From NCBI GenBank assembly GCA_001792535.1, contig MGGS01000013.1, positions 692 through 64,691 of the forward strand: DNA of 64,000 nt, given 5' to 3'. Both the position numbers and the translations under genes were made by a program. Shown here one piece after another: positions 18,634-28,530 of the stretch; position 1 is the first letter of the stretch, and every line of letters begins with the position of its first letter. Source of the stretch: Candidatus Woesebacteria bacterium RIFCSPHIGHO2_02_FULL_42_20. Lineage in GTDB: Bacteria; Patescibacteriota; Microgenomatia; UBA8517. Under the pieces are notes generated by a model. The model had not been told where the DNA came from, searched no databases, and saw only the letters and a list, made by a program, of their open reading frames with translations.

Positions 18634-20007
18634 ATGAACAAATTAAAATCTATAAACCCTTCAAACAAAGAACTCCTCGGAGAAATTGAGATTTCCTCGG
18701 AAGCAGAAATAAAGAGGAAAGTTGCAAACGCACAAAAAGCAAAAGAAGCATGGAAGTCTTTGGGTTTGGAAAAAAGAGTGAAAATTCTTAGAGAAATTTC
18801 GCAAAACCTTGTCAGTCGAAAAGAAGAAATTGCCGTTTTGGTTTCCAAGGAAATGGGAATGCCGATCAACGATAGTAGGTACGATGTTGATGATTCTGTT
18901 CGTTACTTTAACTGGTATTTAGATAATGCAGAGGAGTACTTATCGCCGGAGGTTGTATACGATAGTGAATCTGTAAAACATACAGTCTATTACGAGCCAT
19001 TGGGTGTTGATGCCTCAATTGCCCCCTGGAATTTTCCATTATCAAACTTTGTTTGGCTGGTCGGACAAAATTTGATTGCAGGCAATTGTGTTGTCTTTAA
19101 GCATTCTGAAGAAGTTCCTTTGTTTGGAAAATTAATAGAAGAAATAATTAATAGTTGTGGTTTACCAGAAGGTGTTTTTTCAGAAGTTTACGGAGATGGG
19201 AAAGTTGGGGACTTTCTTGCTCGTCAGAACATTAACTTAATTTGCTTTACAGGAAGCACTAGGGCTGGGAAGTATCTTTACAAGGTCGGAGCCGAAAAGT
19301 TTATAAAGGTTCTTCTGGAACTGGGCGGTTCTGCACCAGGAGTTATTTTTGAAGATACGAGTATAGACAAAGTTCTAAACTCAATTTACTCCTCAAGGTT
19401 TGGGAACTGTGGACAGATGTGTGACGCGTTAAAGAGGCTAATAATACATGAAAGTAAGATGAACGAGGTTTTAGAAAAACTTAAAGCAAAACTTGAATCG
19501 CTAAAAATTGGGAATGCTTTAGACGAAAGTACTGAACTAGGACCTCTGGTTGCCGAAAGACAGATTAAGCTGTTAGAAGAGCAAGTTGGAGACGCATTAA
19601 GCAAGGGTGCGATGTTAGTTACTGGAGGCACAAGGCATAAGGGTTTGGAAGGGTTTTTCTATCTTCCAACAATTCTTATCAACATAAAGAGAAATATGAG
19701 AGTTTGGAAAGAAGAAATTTTCGGACCAGTTCTTCCGGTTGTTTCTTTCAAGAAAGAAGAGAAGGCAGTTGAGTTAGCAAATGATACATCTTACGGGCTG
19801 GGCGGATATTTGTACACAGAGGATAAAGAAAAAGCAAAAAGGGTAGCGTCAAAACTTCAGACAGGAATGGTTTCGATTAACGGTCTGAGTTATTTGCAAC
19901 CTTGTAGCCCCTTCGGAGGTTATAAGGACTCTGGAATCGGCAGAGAGCATGGACGATTCGGGTTTCATGATGTTACGCAAGTAAAGGTCGTGGCGGAAGA
20001 AAAATGA
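18634..20007 (+). CDS. NAD(P)-dependent aldehyde dehydrogenase
   Basis: PWNFP, FTGST, LELGG, GQMC, EEIFGP and PFGGYKDSG motifs. Confidence 0.95.
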   Translation: MNKLKSINPSNKELLGEIEISSEAEIKRKVANAQKAKEAWKSLGLEKRVKILREISQNLVSRKEEIAVLVSKEMGMPINDSRYDVDDSVRYFNWYLDNAEEYLSPEVVYDSESVKHTVYYEPLGVDASIAPWNFPLSNFVWLVGQNLIAGNCVVFKHSEEVPLFGKLIEEIINSCGLPEGVFSEVYGDGKVGDFLARQNINLICFTGSTRAGKYLYKVGAEKFIKVLLELGGSAPGVIFEDTSIDKVLNSIYSSRFGNCGQMCDALKRLIIHESKMNEVLEKLKAKLESLKIGNALDESTELGPLVAERQIKLLEEQVGDALSKGAMLVTGGTRHKGLEGFFYLPTILINIKRNMRVWKEEIFGPVLPVVSFKKEEKAVELANDTSYGLGGYLYTEDKEKAKRVASKLQTGMVSINGLSYLQPCSPFGGYKDSGIGREHGRFGFHDVTQVKVVAEEK

Positions 20008-20244
20008 ATAAGATTAAAATTTTGGTTGAGGGATATGCGAGGGTGAATTCTGACGGAACCTGGGACTCGACGTCGTCGACTACGTGTTTGTAACGCATTA
20101 TCACCCTGGCCACTGCCCCGAACACGCGTCGCTTCTGGTTAATACCGAAAAAGGGAAAGTAGTTGTCGCGGCCGCAGAAAAAGGCTTTTGGAGATGGCAG
20201 ATTTTATAATCCCCGGCCACGGAAAGATATTTAAAGTAAGATGA
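20004..20244 (+). pseudogene. Internally deleted MBL-fold metallo-hydrolase remnant
   Basis: Fragments MNKIKILVEGYA, TPGHCPEHASLLVNTEKGKVVVA and LLEMADFIIPGHGKIFKVR* compressed into 240 bp with frameshifts. Confidence 0.65.
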
Positions 20245-20924
20245 CGGAGTTAGCAGAGATAACAGAAGAATCTGTTGATCACTTTGTTACACAGTTGCAA
20301 GCAGACAGGGTCAGGGCACTTAGCCGTGTTGAACCTGGGTCTACTGCGGCCTCAGTGCTAGGAGATCTTTATCCTCTGCTTCATGGGCCACTCTATCCTA
20401 GAAGAAAAAGTGCAGAGATAGCAACAGCTTAATCTTTTTGCAGTTTTAGCAGAGCCGACTGCCGAGGTAGAACTCCCATATTTGGCTAGAGCAGTTCAGG
20501 CTTTCCAAAGACCGGGATTGGCTGTTAACTCTACGGCTCTTCTAGTAAATTGGCCGGCAAAAGCGTCAAGAACCCTGGAAGGCATTACTCATAACTCTTC
20601 GTTGAGAGATGAGATTGACAAAACAGGCATATTTAGTGAGATCGAAAATATGTAGGGGATATGGAAAATCTGGATACTAAATTAAAGAGGTGGTTGGTAA
20701 AGTTTTTGGCGCGTCAAAGAAGCTACGTTGACGTGGACACGAGAATACTGGGGATTGAGGCAAATACAGAGTTGGCTATGAGACAGAAAATTGGGAGGAG
20801 GATGGCTGAAGTTTCAGGACCCGGTCTCTCGCTTGGTTTGACTACTGAGAATAATCCACAGCTATTAAGATGTTATGGTAAACACGTATATTTGGCAAAC
20901 ATAGACGTTAGGTCAAAACAGTGA
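20241..20924 (+). pseudogene. Degraded hypothetical gene in three open segments
   Basis: ORF 20241-20432, a startless open frame at about 20422-20655, and ORF 20661-20924 in series. Confidence 0.35.
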
Positions 20925-20997
20925 TTAAAGAGTTGGAGTTTAAACTAACGAGTTCCCATTCCGACTCTTTTAAACACAGGAGACAACGACTGGCCGT

Positions 20998-21486
20998 TTA
21001 AGGGTGGGAAGCGATTTTGAGTGCATATTTAGCATAAAACTTCACGTGTTTTTTGAGATTGTATCTCGGGTCGTCTAACTCTTCTTTTGTAAACCATTTG
21101 TGTCTTACTACATGTTTGTCCCTTGATTTTTTAACAGTGCTAGCGGTTGTCAGAAAGTATCTGAAGCCAATATGAAAATGATTTTTGCCGGCCTCGTGGA
21201 TATCTGAAAATGTTGGTGTCACAATGTTATGACCTTTCAAATCACTAAAGATATTTTCCTCAGGAATACTCTTTCTAGGATCGATTAGCCCAATTTCATT
21301 TTTAGTTATTCCGGTTTCCTCTTCTATTTCACGAAAGATACTCCCTTCGATGTTTTCGTCGGGGTCGATATGACCTCCTGGTGGAAGCCAGAGATAATAT
21401 CTATCGTTATAAATCAGCAGAACTTTATTTTTTTTGACTATAAAACAACTTACTGTGTAATCGAGGTATTTGCTGGTATGCGCCAT
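20998..21486 (-). CDS. NUDIX hydrolase
   Basis: Nudix box PGGHIDPDENIEGSIFREIEEETG. Confidence 0.9.
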   Translation of the reverse strand: MAHTSKYLDYTVSCFIVKKNKVLLIYNDRYYLWLPPGGHIDPDENIEGSIFREIEEETGITKNEIGLIDPRKSIPEENIFSDLKGHNIVTPTFSDIHEAGKNHFHIGFRYFLTTASTVKKSRDKHVVRHKWFTKEELDDPRYNLKKHVKFYAKYALKIASHP

Positions 21487-21925
21487 GGGGATATTGTAGC
21501 TTAATTTTATTTATACTTTCAACACAAAGCCATGCAGCCATTGCACCAAATCCTGTCTTGTTAATTTGAAAAGGCTTTATTTGTTTTATGTTTTTAATAA
21601 AGATCAGAAGACAATACTTTTTGTCTTTAAATAATTCGAAATAATATTTGATTTTTTCTTTTTCAATTCCGTCTTCTTTGCCAAACTTTTGTAAAATGTT
21701 TTTGGCTTCCGAAGGATTTAGATTTTCGAGCTGCAATACCTTTGCCACAGCAGCCTCTACTGTTACTGACTCACCTGAATTTTTGAAATAAACAACGTCG
21801 CCCGGTTTAATTTTATTCCACGGTGCTCGTTTGGTTTTGTACCAGCGGGATTCAATAGATTTTCTGCCATCAAGAATCTCTGGGATTAGCCCCCAAGATT
21901 TCTTCATTATGGCGACGTGATCCAT
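21425..21925 (-). CDS. ASCH/PUA-like domain protein
   Basis: ILDGRKSIESR and IKPGDVVYF motifs. Confidence 0.8.
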   Translation of the reverse strand: MDHVAIMKKSWGLIPEILDGRKSIESRWYKTKRAPWNKIKPGDVVYFKNSGESVTVEAAVAKVLQLENLNPSEAKNILQKFGKEDGIEKEKIKYYFELFKDKKYCLLIFIKNIKQIKPFQINKTGFGAMAAWLCVESINKIKLQYPHGAYQQIPRLHSKLFYSQKK

Positions 21926-21931
21926 TTAACT

Positions 21932-22207
21932 CTATTTTATTCTCCAATACTTAATCTGACCAAAGTAAATACACAAGGAAAATAAAACTGTTACAAAAAG
22001 TGTTGTAAACTCGGTAAAGAAGTAACCAATGTCAACTAATTCTTGATTGCCAGAAAGGCGGAGCGTGAAACCGATAACGAAACTGACTAAAGGAAAAACA
22101 AATATTGCCAGCTTTCCTAATTTCAGATTAAAGTTGCCAACAAAGTTTTTGATTAGTATTACAGTTGCAGTTAAGACTATTAATTCTACAGAAATGCTTT
22201 TTATCAT
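21932..22207 (-). CDS. Hypothetical membrane protein
   Basis: Three hydrophobic segments. Confidence 0.55.
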   Translation of the reverse strand: MIKSISVELIVLTATVILIKNFVGNFNLKLGKLAIFVFPLVSFVIGFTLRLSGNQELVDIGYFFTEFTTLFVTVLFSLCIYFGQIKYWRIK

Positions 22208-22270
22208 GGCTAACTGGCGAGTATAGCATTTAGAAAATTTATTATCTTTTAAAATTTATCGGTGGTTAAA

Positions 22271-23257
22271 CTAATTTGTATACTGAAAAAGTTCGGGGTT
22301 AATTTTCCAATCAGGCGTGGGATAGTTTGTCCCCCAAGCTTCTGGACTATCCACAGCATTAAAATAGGAGATTGTTTTAAGAAGAGGGTAATTATAACTA
22401 CTGTTTACAGCATCTAGAAACCATTCTTTCTGGAATTGGTCATCGCCCGTTACGCCAAACTCAGTGATTATTATTGGTTTATTATACACCTTGAAGATAT
22501 TGTATTTTTCTGAAAATATCTCGTCAAAATCTCTTACCTTTCCGTAATTGTCTATGTCCCATTTGGGGTATATAAAAACCGATAAGCCAATAAGATCAAC
22601 ATATTCGTTACCGGGCCAGTAATTGTTGGCGTTTTTGTGGCCAACCGGGGACCATATATAAAAGTTTTTTGAATCAATACTTCGGCATTTATCGACAAAA
22701 TATCTGAATGCGTATATAAAGCTGTCATGGTCTTCTTTTGCCCAGGGGTATCTTTCTGTTACGTTTTCCATTTCGTGACCCCAGCGGACAAATACTGGAT
22801 TTTTGGAATTTTTAAAATCAGCGCATATAGTGTCGATTTCTCCGTCATACAGCCCATCAACGATATCGGTTAGCAAAGAAGTGTTTTTTTCCTGGCTGCC
22901 GTCTTTGCTGAATGGCTCGACAGTAACCATTGGCCAGCGATTTTTTTGAAATACATTTTCGAAAAACTCATCAAGATTTCCCTTTCGGTACTCGTTCCAC
23001 TTAATAAATTGATGTTGAATTGCCATTGTGTTTACTTTATCAAAGTGGTCTTCAGGGTCGTAAACCCCGAAATTTATTGTAATATTTTTCCATTCTAGGT
23101 TGCAGTTTTTCTGCAAAGGTTTTAATCCGGAGTTACACAGGATTGATTTGTATCCCCAAGTAATTCCGCTAATGGCAGACGTGCCACGGGTTACAATTGC
23201 AGATATGGGAAATATGAACAAAACCAAACCGAAAATTATTAGTAGAAATCTTTTCAT
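22271..23257 (-). CDS. Exported glycoside hydrolase, GH26-like
   Basis: VRWGHEME, WSP, YWPGNEYVDLIGLS and KPIIITEFG motifs; signal peptide. Confidence 0.82.
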   Translation of the reverse strand: MKRFLLIIFGLVLFIFPISAIVTRGTSAISGITWGYKSILCNSGLKPLQKNCNLEWKNITINFGVYDPEDHFDKVNTMAIQHQFIKWNEYRKGNLDEFFENVFQKNRWPMVTVEPFSKDGSQEKNTSLLTDIVDGLYDGEIDTICADFKNSKNPVFVRWGHEMENVTERYPWAKEDHDSFIYAFRYFVDKCRSIDSKNFYIWSPVGHKNANNYWPGNEYVDLIGLSVFIYPKWDIDNYGKVRDFDEIFSEKYNIFKVYNKPIIITEFGVTGDDQFQKEWFLDAVNSSYNYPLLKTISYFNAVDSPEAWGTNYPTPDWKINPELFQYTN

Positions 23258-24837
23258 TATTTATTTTCTCCGTATAATTTATTCTCTCTAAGATGGTTTC
23301 CGATAATAGCAAAGAGTGAAAGTGTGTAGGTAAGAGCATTTAGTATTGCAAAATAGTAATAACCATAAACTCTGTTTGACGCGTTTCCAAGGAGTGTAAT
23401 ATAACTCGATAGAATAATTATCAAAAGATATGGCGTTAACATGAAAATGGGTAATGGTTTTTTACCTGACTCTCCCTTTGTAGTCACTTTAAAAGAGACT
23501 TCCTTGCGAGAAAGGCCGGCAAGTAAACCGTATAATACTCCTGCTAAAATCCACGGCCATCTGACTATCTGAAAAATAAATGTTTCCCAAGAGATAATTT
23601 TTGAGTTAACAGGCCTTAGCAACTGTATTTTTTTAATCCATAAAGTAATTCCTAAAGCAACAATGGTAGTTAGCCAAGAAATAAAACTAAATGTAATGTA
23701 AGTTACGTTAGCCCACGGCCTATTAGTTAGTATTGCAAATATAGGCAGGCCATATGCAAAAACCATTGTTGTTGAAAAAAGTGGATACCAAAGTTGGGAA
23801 AACAAAAATTGCACCTTAAGTTTCAGAGGCAAGCTTTTTATATATTTAGGGGTAATGGTTAGCAGAATTATGACCAAACTTCTTGTCCATTGAAATTCTT
23901 GTATCATGCTGTCTGGGAAACTTCCGGCACCGTCGCCATGAGCAATAGCCTCAAATGCGTGAACACCCTTCCAGCCAAATGAATTCATCATAAGCGTTGT
24001 TGAATGGTCCTCTGCCAGTTCAGGGCCTAAGCCCCCAATTTCCTTGAGTGCTTTGGTGCGTACGGCATAATGCGATCCGATACAAAGTGGCGCCCATCCG
24101 GAGTTATAACCCGCTTGCAGGGGGCCATGAAGTGTTGCTTCGGAGTAAAGCCTGGCTCTTGCAGCCCAGCTTTTGTCCGTATTGGCATCGCAAATACTCG
24201 GCGCTGATACATATCCGACTCTGGGATTTGCAAACGGCCGTAGCATTTCTTCCAGGTATCCCTGTTCCGGTACGTGGTCGGCGTCCATTTGAACAACGAA
24301 CTCGTAGTTATCATAACCCCAACGATCGTAAAAGTAAGCTAGGTTTCCCTCTTTGCATTTAGTCCTTCTCGGCCAATTCTCACGATGGTATTCTACAACC
24401 CCCTTTCTGGTTGAAATAAATACGCGTTTTTGTTTGCACCAAGCAATTACTTCGTCAGTGGGGTTTTCATCCGCAAGCCAAGTGTCGTGGGGATATTTTT
24501 GGTTAAGCATCGCAGTGAGTGTCTTTTTGACTATTTCAAAAGGTTCTGATGGCGCTTTTGTGACTACCATTGCAACTCTAAGATCATCTGGAATTGGAAG
24601 GGCGGGGTTTGGCTTTTTCATTCTCGAGGCGAAAAAGAAAAAATAGGCGGGCATTAGCATGTTCCAAGCAATCAGCAGGCTATTGAAGACAAAACTCAAT
24701 TTTCCGACTACATGTGAAGGGTCGAGCCACCAAATCCAAAAAACAGCAACAAAGAAAAGCCATAGGCTAAGTAATATATAAAAAACCACCCTTTGCCTTA
24801 GGTTCATGACATCAACAAGATATGGCACTCTTTTCAT
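23257..24837 (-). CDS. Cellulose-synthase-like GT2 polysaccharide synthase
   Basis: KEGNL, DADH, AEDH and QEFQW (QxxRW variant) motifs; TMs at both ends. Confidence 0.85.
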   Translation of the reverse strand: MKRVPYLVDVMNLRQRVVFYILLSLWLFFVAVFWIWWLDPSHVVGKLSFVFNSLLIAWNMLMPAYFFFFASRMKKPNPALPIPDDLRVAMVVTKAPSEPFEIVKKTLTAMLNQKYPHDTWLADENPTDEVIAWCKQKRVFISTRKGVVEYHRENWPRRTKCKEGNLAYFYDRWGYDNYEFVVQMDADHVPEQGYLEEMLRPFANPRVGYVSAPSICDANTDKSWAARARLYSEATLHGPLQAGYNSGWAPLCIGSHYAVRTKALKEIGGLGPELAEDHSTTLMMNSFGWKGVHAFEAIAHGDGAGSFPDSMIQEFQWTRSLVIILLTITPKYIKSLPLKLKVQFLFSQLWYPLFSTTMVFAYGLPIFAILTNRPWANVTYITFSFISWLTTIVALGITLWIKKIQLLRPVNSKIISWETFIFQIVRWPWILAGVLYGLLAGLSRKEVSFKVTTKGESGKKPLPIFMLTPYLLIIILSSYITLLGNASNRVYGYYYFAILNALTYTLSLFAIIGNHLRENKLYGENK

Positions 24838-24920
24838 AAACGAAGCATGAATTATAACTAAGATTGGAAGGCTGCGTCAATATAGCAAAGAAATTCTCCA
24901 GGCGTGGTAAAATTAGATTC

Positions 24921-27842
24921 ATGGCGGAAGAAAAGAAATTGAACAAGGAACAAAAAGAGGCGGTTGGGTTTAGGGACGGGCCGCTTTTGATTATTGCCGG
25001 GGCTGGGACGGGTAAAACCACTGTTGTAACCGAGCGGATAAAGCGGTTGATTAGCAAAGGACTGGCAAAACCTCAAGAAATTTTAGCCTTGACTTTTACC
25101 GAGAAAGCCGCGCTCGAGATGGAGACCAGGGTCGACGAGATAATGCCTTACGGCTACACACAGATGTGGATTATGACTTTCCACTCCTTCTGCGATCGGG
25201 TTTTGCGTGCTGATGCGCTTCACGTTGGCTTGGATCCAAGATATAAATTGATGACTGAAGCGGATGCAATAGCTTTAATCCGCAGAAATCTCTTTAAATT
25301 GGAGTTGGAATATTTTAGGCCTTTGGGTAATCCGACCAAATTCGTAAGCGGTATACTGCAACATTTTTCGCGTCTTCAAGACGAAGATGTAGACCCAAGT
25401 GACTATCTCACTTGGGTAAATTCCAATTTTCAAATTCCAAATTCCAAATTAAGTCAAGAACAAAGAGTTGAGGGAAATAAATACAGGGAGTTGGCAAATA
25501 CCTACAGAAAGTATGAGGAGTTAAAAATCAAAGAGGGTGTCATGGATTTTGGGGACTTAATTACCAAAACCCTAAAACTTTTTCGCGATCGGCCGAATGT
25601 TTTAAAACAGTATAAGTCCAAGTTTAAGTACGTCTTGGTAGATGAGTATCAGGATACCAACATTTCCCAAAACGAGTTAGTCAAACTTTTGGTCGGTAAA
25701 GAGGGCAATATTACTGTTGTAGCGGATGACGACCAAGCGATTTACCGCTGGAGGGGCGCTTCGATCTCTAACGTTATTCAGTTCAGAAAAAGCTTTCCTG
25801 AAACACACGTTGTAACGCTGACGAAAAATTATCGTTCTACCCAAAAAATTCTGGATAAAGCCTACCAACTTATACAGAATAATAACCCCGACAGATTGGA
25901 GGTTGTTGAGAAAATAGGCAAAAAACTTGTATCACAAGTTGACAAGAATGGCGAGGATATTAACTTTATTCATAGAGACCGTATTGAAAACGAAGCAGAC
26001 AGCGTGGCGAAAGAGGTAATTCAACTGATTAAACTGCAGAAATATGATTATAAGGATATCGCCGTGCTCGTGCGAGCCAATAATCACGCAGATGCCTTTG
26101 CCAGAGCCTTTGCCTGGCAGGGTATCCCTTATCAATTTTTAGGCCCCGGAAGACTTTTTAGACAATCGGAAGTTGTTGACCTGGTTTCTTATTTGCGAGT
26201 TTTGTATAACTTTGAAGATTCAGTGTCCTTTTATAGAGTTTTATCGATTGATTACTTTGATATTCTTGCGCGTGATTTGGCAAAAATTGGAAATTATGCC
26301 AAGCGCTATAACTTAAGCTTGTTTGAAACCGTTGAAAAAATTGATGAAGTGTCGGTCGGCGAGGAAACCAAGGAAAAACTAAAGAAGATTATGTTACTGA
26401 TAAACAAGCACCTAAAACTTGTACGGCGTGAAACCACGGGCCAAATTCTTTATTACTTTTTGCAGGATAGCGGTTTACTACAAAATCTTATTAACCCCCA
26501 GTCACCTGAGGCTGAAAAACAGGCTAAGAATATATCAAAATTTTTTGACAAACTAAAAAACTACGAAGCGGAGCACGAAGACGCGACTATTCCGGCCGTC
26601 GTTGATTGGTTGGATTTATCCACCGAGTTGGGCGAGTCTCCTTTGGCTGCAGACACTGACAGGCCGGAAGTTGACGCGGTAAATATTCTGACTGTTCACG
26701 GAAGTAAGGGCCTAGAATTTCCCGTTGTATTCTTGGTTAACCTCGTCGGCCAGCGCTTTCCGTCGACAGAAAGGCAGGAGCAGATTCCAATTCCGGAGGA
26801 GTTGATCAAAGAAATTTTACCGCAAGGTGATTTTCATCTGCAGGAGGAGCGAAGGCTTTTTTATGTCGGAATGACTCGGGCGCGCGAGCGCCTGTATTTT
26901 TCGGCGGCAGATTACTATGGGGAAGGGAAGAGAGAAAAGAAGCTTAGCCCGTTTATTTTTGAAGCGCTTGGGGATGAAGCAATAGCCAGCGAGCCCTTCG
27001 GCGATGCTCAGGGTAAACAGCTAAGTTTTTTGGATTACGAGCCCACCAATCACCAATCACTAATTACTAATCACCGGCAAAATTTCCATATAGATTATCT
27101 CTCTTACTCCCAAATCGAGACTTTCAAGGTCTGTCCTTTGCACTATAAACTTGGGTATATTTTACGGATTCCTACTCCCCTGTCTGCATCACAAAGTTTC
27201 GGGACCTCAATACACACGACTTTGAAATACTTCTACGAGCAAGTTAAAAATGGTAGTAAATCTGCTGAAAAGCTTCTTTTAGATATTTATAAGGACTCTT
27301 GGGTTAAAGAAGGCTATACTAGTCGTGAGCACGAGAAGAAGTTTTTCGAAAAAGGTAAGGATTATTTAAAAGGCTATTTTAATGTGGAATTTGATTCGAA
27401 GGTGTTACCGGCACTCCTTGAACAGCGATTTACGATCCCGTTGGCAGAAGAAAGTGAACGACCTTTAAAAATCGGCGGTGTAATAGATCGAGTTGATGAA
27501 CATGAAGACGGGTCAGTTGAAATAATTGACTACAAGACAGGAGCAAATATACCTTCCCAAAAAGAGGTTGATAGTAATTTGCAAATGACTTTTTACGCAC
27601 TCGCTGCAGTGATGTTACAAGATAATCCGTTTAATAAGGACCCCAAGGATATCGCCTTGTCTTTATATTTTCTTGACAACCAGCAAAAAATTTCGACGAG
27701 GAAAACTAAAGAACAGCTGCAAAGCGCAATAAAAGAAATCTTTGAAATTAGAAAAGAGATAGAGCAATCAAACTTTACCTGCTCCGGCCACATGTTCTGC
27801 CGTAACTGTGAGTATAAACTGATGTGCAATATTGACAACTAA
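24921..27842 (+). CDS. UvrD/PcrA-family helicase fused to a C-terminal PD-(D/E)xK nuclease
   Basis: AGAGTGKT, DEYQD, SKGLEF and EERRLFYVGMTRA; C-terminal LSYSQ..CP, GVIDR, IIDYKTG and four Cys. Start chosen at ATG 24921 after TGGTAAAAT. Confidence 0.92.
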   Translation: MAEEKKLNKEQKEAVGFRDGPLLIIAGAGTGKTTVVTERIKRLISKGLAKPQEILALTFTEKAALEMETRVDEIMPYGYTQMWIMTFHSFCDRVLRADALHVGLDPRYKLMTEADAIALIRRNLFKLELEYFRPLGNPTKFVSGILQHFSRLQDEDVDPSDYLTWVNSNFQIPNSKLSQEQRVEGNKYRELANTYRKYEELKIKEGVMDFGDLITKTLKLFRDRPNVLKQYKSKFKYVLVDEYQDTNISQNELVKLLVGKEGNITVVADDDQAIYRWRGASISNVIQFRKSFPETHVVTLTKNYRSTQKILDKAYQLIQNNNPDRLEVVEKIGKKLVSQVDKNGEDINFIHRDRIENEADSVAKEVIQLIKLQKYDYKDIAVLVRANNHADAFARAFAWQGIPYQFLGPGRLFRQSEVVDLVSYLRVLYNFEDSVSFYRVLSIDYFDILARDLAKIGNYAKRYNLSLFETVEKIDEVSVGEETKEKLKKIMLLINKHLKLVRRETTGQILYYFLQDSGLLQNLINPQSPEAEKQAKNISKFFDKLKNYEAEHEDATIPAVVDWLDLSTELGESPLAADTDRPEVDAVNILTVHGSKGLEFPVVFLVNLVGQRFPSTERQEQIPIPEELIKEILPQGDFHLQEERRLFYVGMTRARERLYFSAADYYGEGKREKKLSPFIFEALGDEAIASEPFGDAQGKQLSFLDYEPTNHQSLITNHRQNFHIDYLSYSQIETFKVCPLHYKLGYILRIPTPLSASQSFGTSIHTTLKYFYEQVKNGSKSAEKLLLDIYKDSWVKEGYTSREHEKKFFEKGKDYLKGYFNVEFDSKVLPALLEQRFTIPLAEESERPLKIGGVIDRVDEHEDGSVEIIDYKTGANIPSQKEVDSNLQMTFYALAAVMLQDNPFNKDPKDIALSLYFLDNQQKISTRKTKEQLQSAIKEIFEIRKEIEQSNFTCSGHMFCRNCEYKLMCNIDN
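25418..25450 (+). repeat. In-frame heptamer tandem repeat (AAATTCC)n
   Basis: aaattcc aattttc aaattcc aaattcc aaatt inside the helicase CDS. Confidence 0.7.
27044..27075 (+). repeat. In-frame heptamer tandem repeat (CACYAAT)n
   Basis: caccaat caccaat cactaat tactaat cacc in the helicase-nuclease linker. Confidence 0.7.
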
Positions 27843-28411
27843 AGCACTCTTCGGGGTAGGCGGTAGATATAAAAAGCGCTTGTGAAGCAAAGGGTCGCCA
27901 TTAAAATAAACAACGTGTTAAAACCAAACAAAGTTACGATAATCCCGCCAACTATAGCACCGATTGATAAGCTAAAGTAGTTAGTTGACTCCCATGCGCC
28001 CCACTGACGACCGGCCTTGTCTACATTGAGATGTTTTGAGTAAACAGCGTCGAAAGCGGGAGAATAAAATGCCTCGGCCGAACCGATTAGCACCTGGACC
28101 AATAAAAGAAAAAGAACCGAATTAGCTTGAGTATAAAGCAGGTACCCAAAAGCAATTACTCCGTATCCACCTGCGACTATTAGTTCGTTTTGTTTAATTT
28201 TATCTGCGAACCTTCCAGCGATTAAAGTAGTAGCACCTGCGGCGAATGCAAAAGCTCCTCCTGTGATGCTGGCATCTAACAAACTCCCCCCCACTTTGTC
28301 GACGAAAAGTGCATAAATTGGGGCAAGCATTGCACCGGAAACCAAAATAAGTGCGTTTGTTCCGAGTAAAATCTTCAACGCCTTGTTTAGGGGGATTTTA
28401 AAAAATGCCAC
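27839..28411 (-). CDS. Half-size (6 TM) MFS-like transporter
   Basis: GRFADKI motif A; 190 aa. Confidence 0.7.
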   Translation of the reverse strand: MAFFKIPLNKALKILLGTNALILVSGAMLAPIYALFVDKVGGSLLDASITGGAFAFAAGATTLIAGRFADKIKQNELIVAGGYGVIAFGYLLYTQANSVLFLLLVQVLIGSAEAFYSPAFDAVYSKHLNVDKAGRQWGAWESTNYFSLSIGAIVGGIIVTLFGFNTLFILMATLCFTSAFYIYRLPRRVL

Positions 28412-28453
28412 AAATACATATTAGCAAAAACGTAGTACCCTTGTTCAAATTGC

Positions 28454-28482
28454 TTGCGAAGTAAAAGTTGCTTTGCTATAAT
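28454..28482 (+). promoter_or_regulatory. sigma70 promoter of the ribosomal protein cluster
   Basis: TTGCGA-17 bp-TATAAT with extended TG. Confidence 0.7.
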
Positions 28483-28530
28483 TCACTCTTGCATGGAGGT
28501 GATTAAACTATAACCTCTTAAGGATTGTCG

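Noticed and set aside
20927-20997. Hairpin as integron attC site
   Set aside because: No properly placed RYYYAAC/GTTRRRY boxes and no integron integrase; more likely a terminator between convergent genes
27100-27842. Cas4 gene
   Set aside because: The nuclease is fused to a UvrD helicase with no CRISPR context
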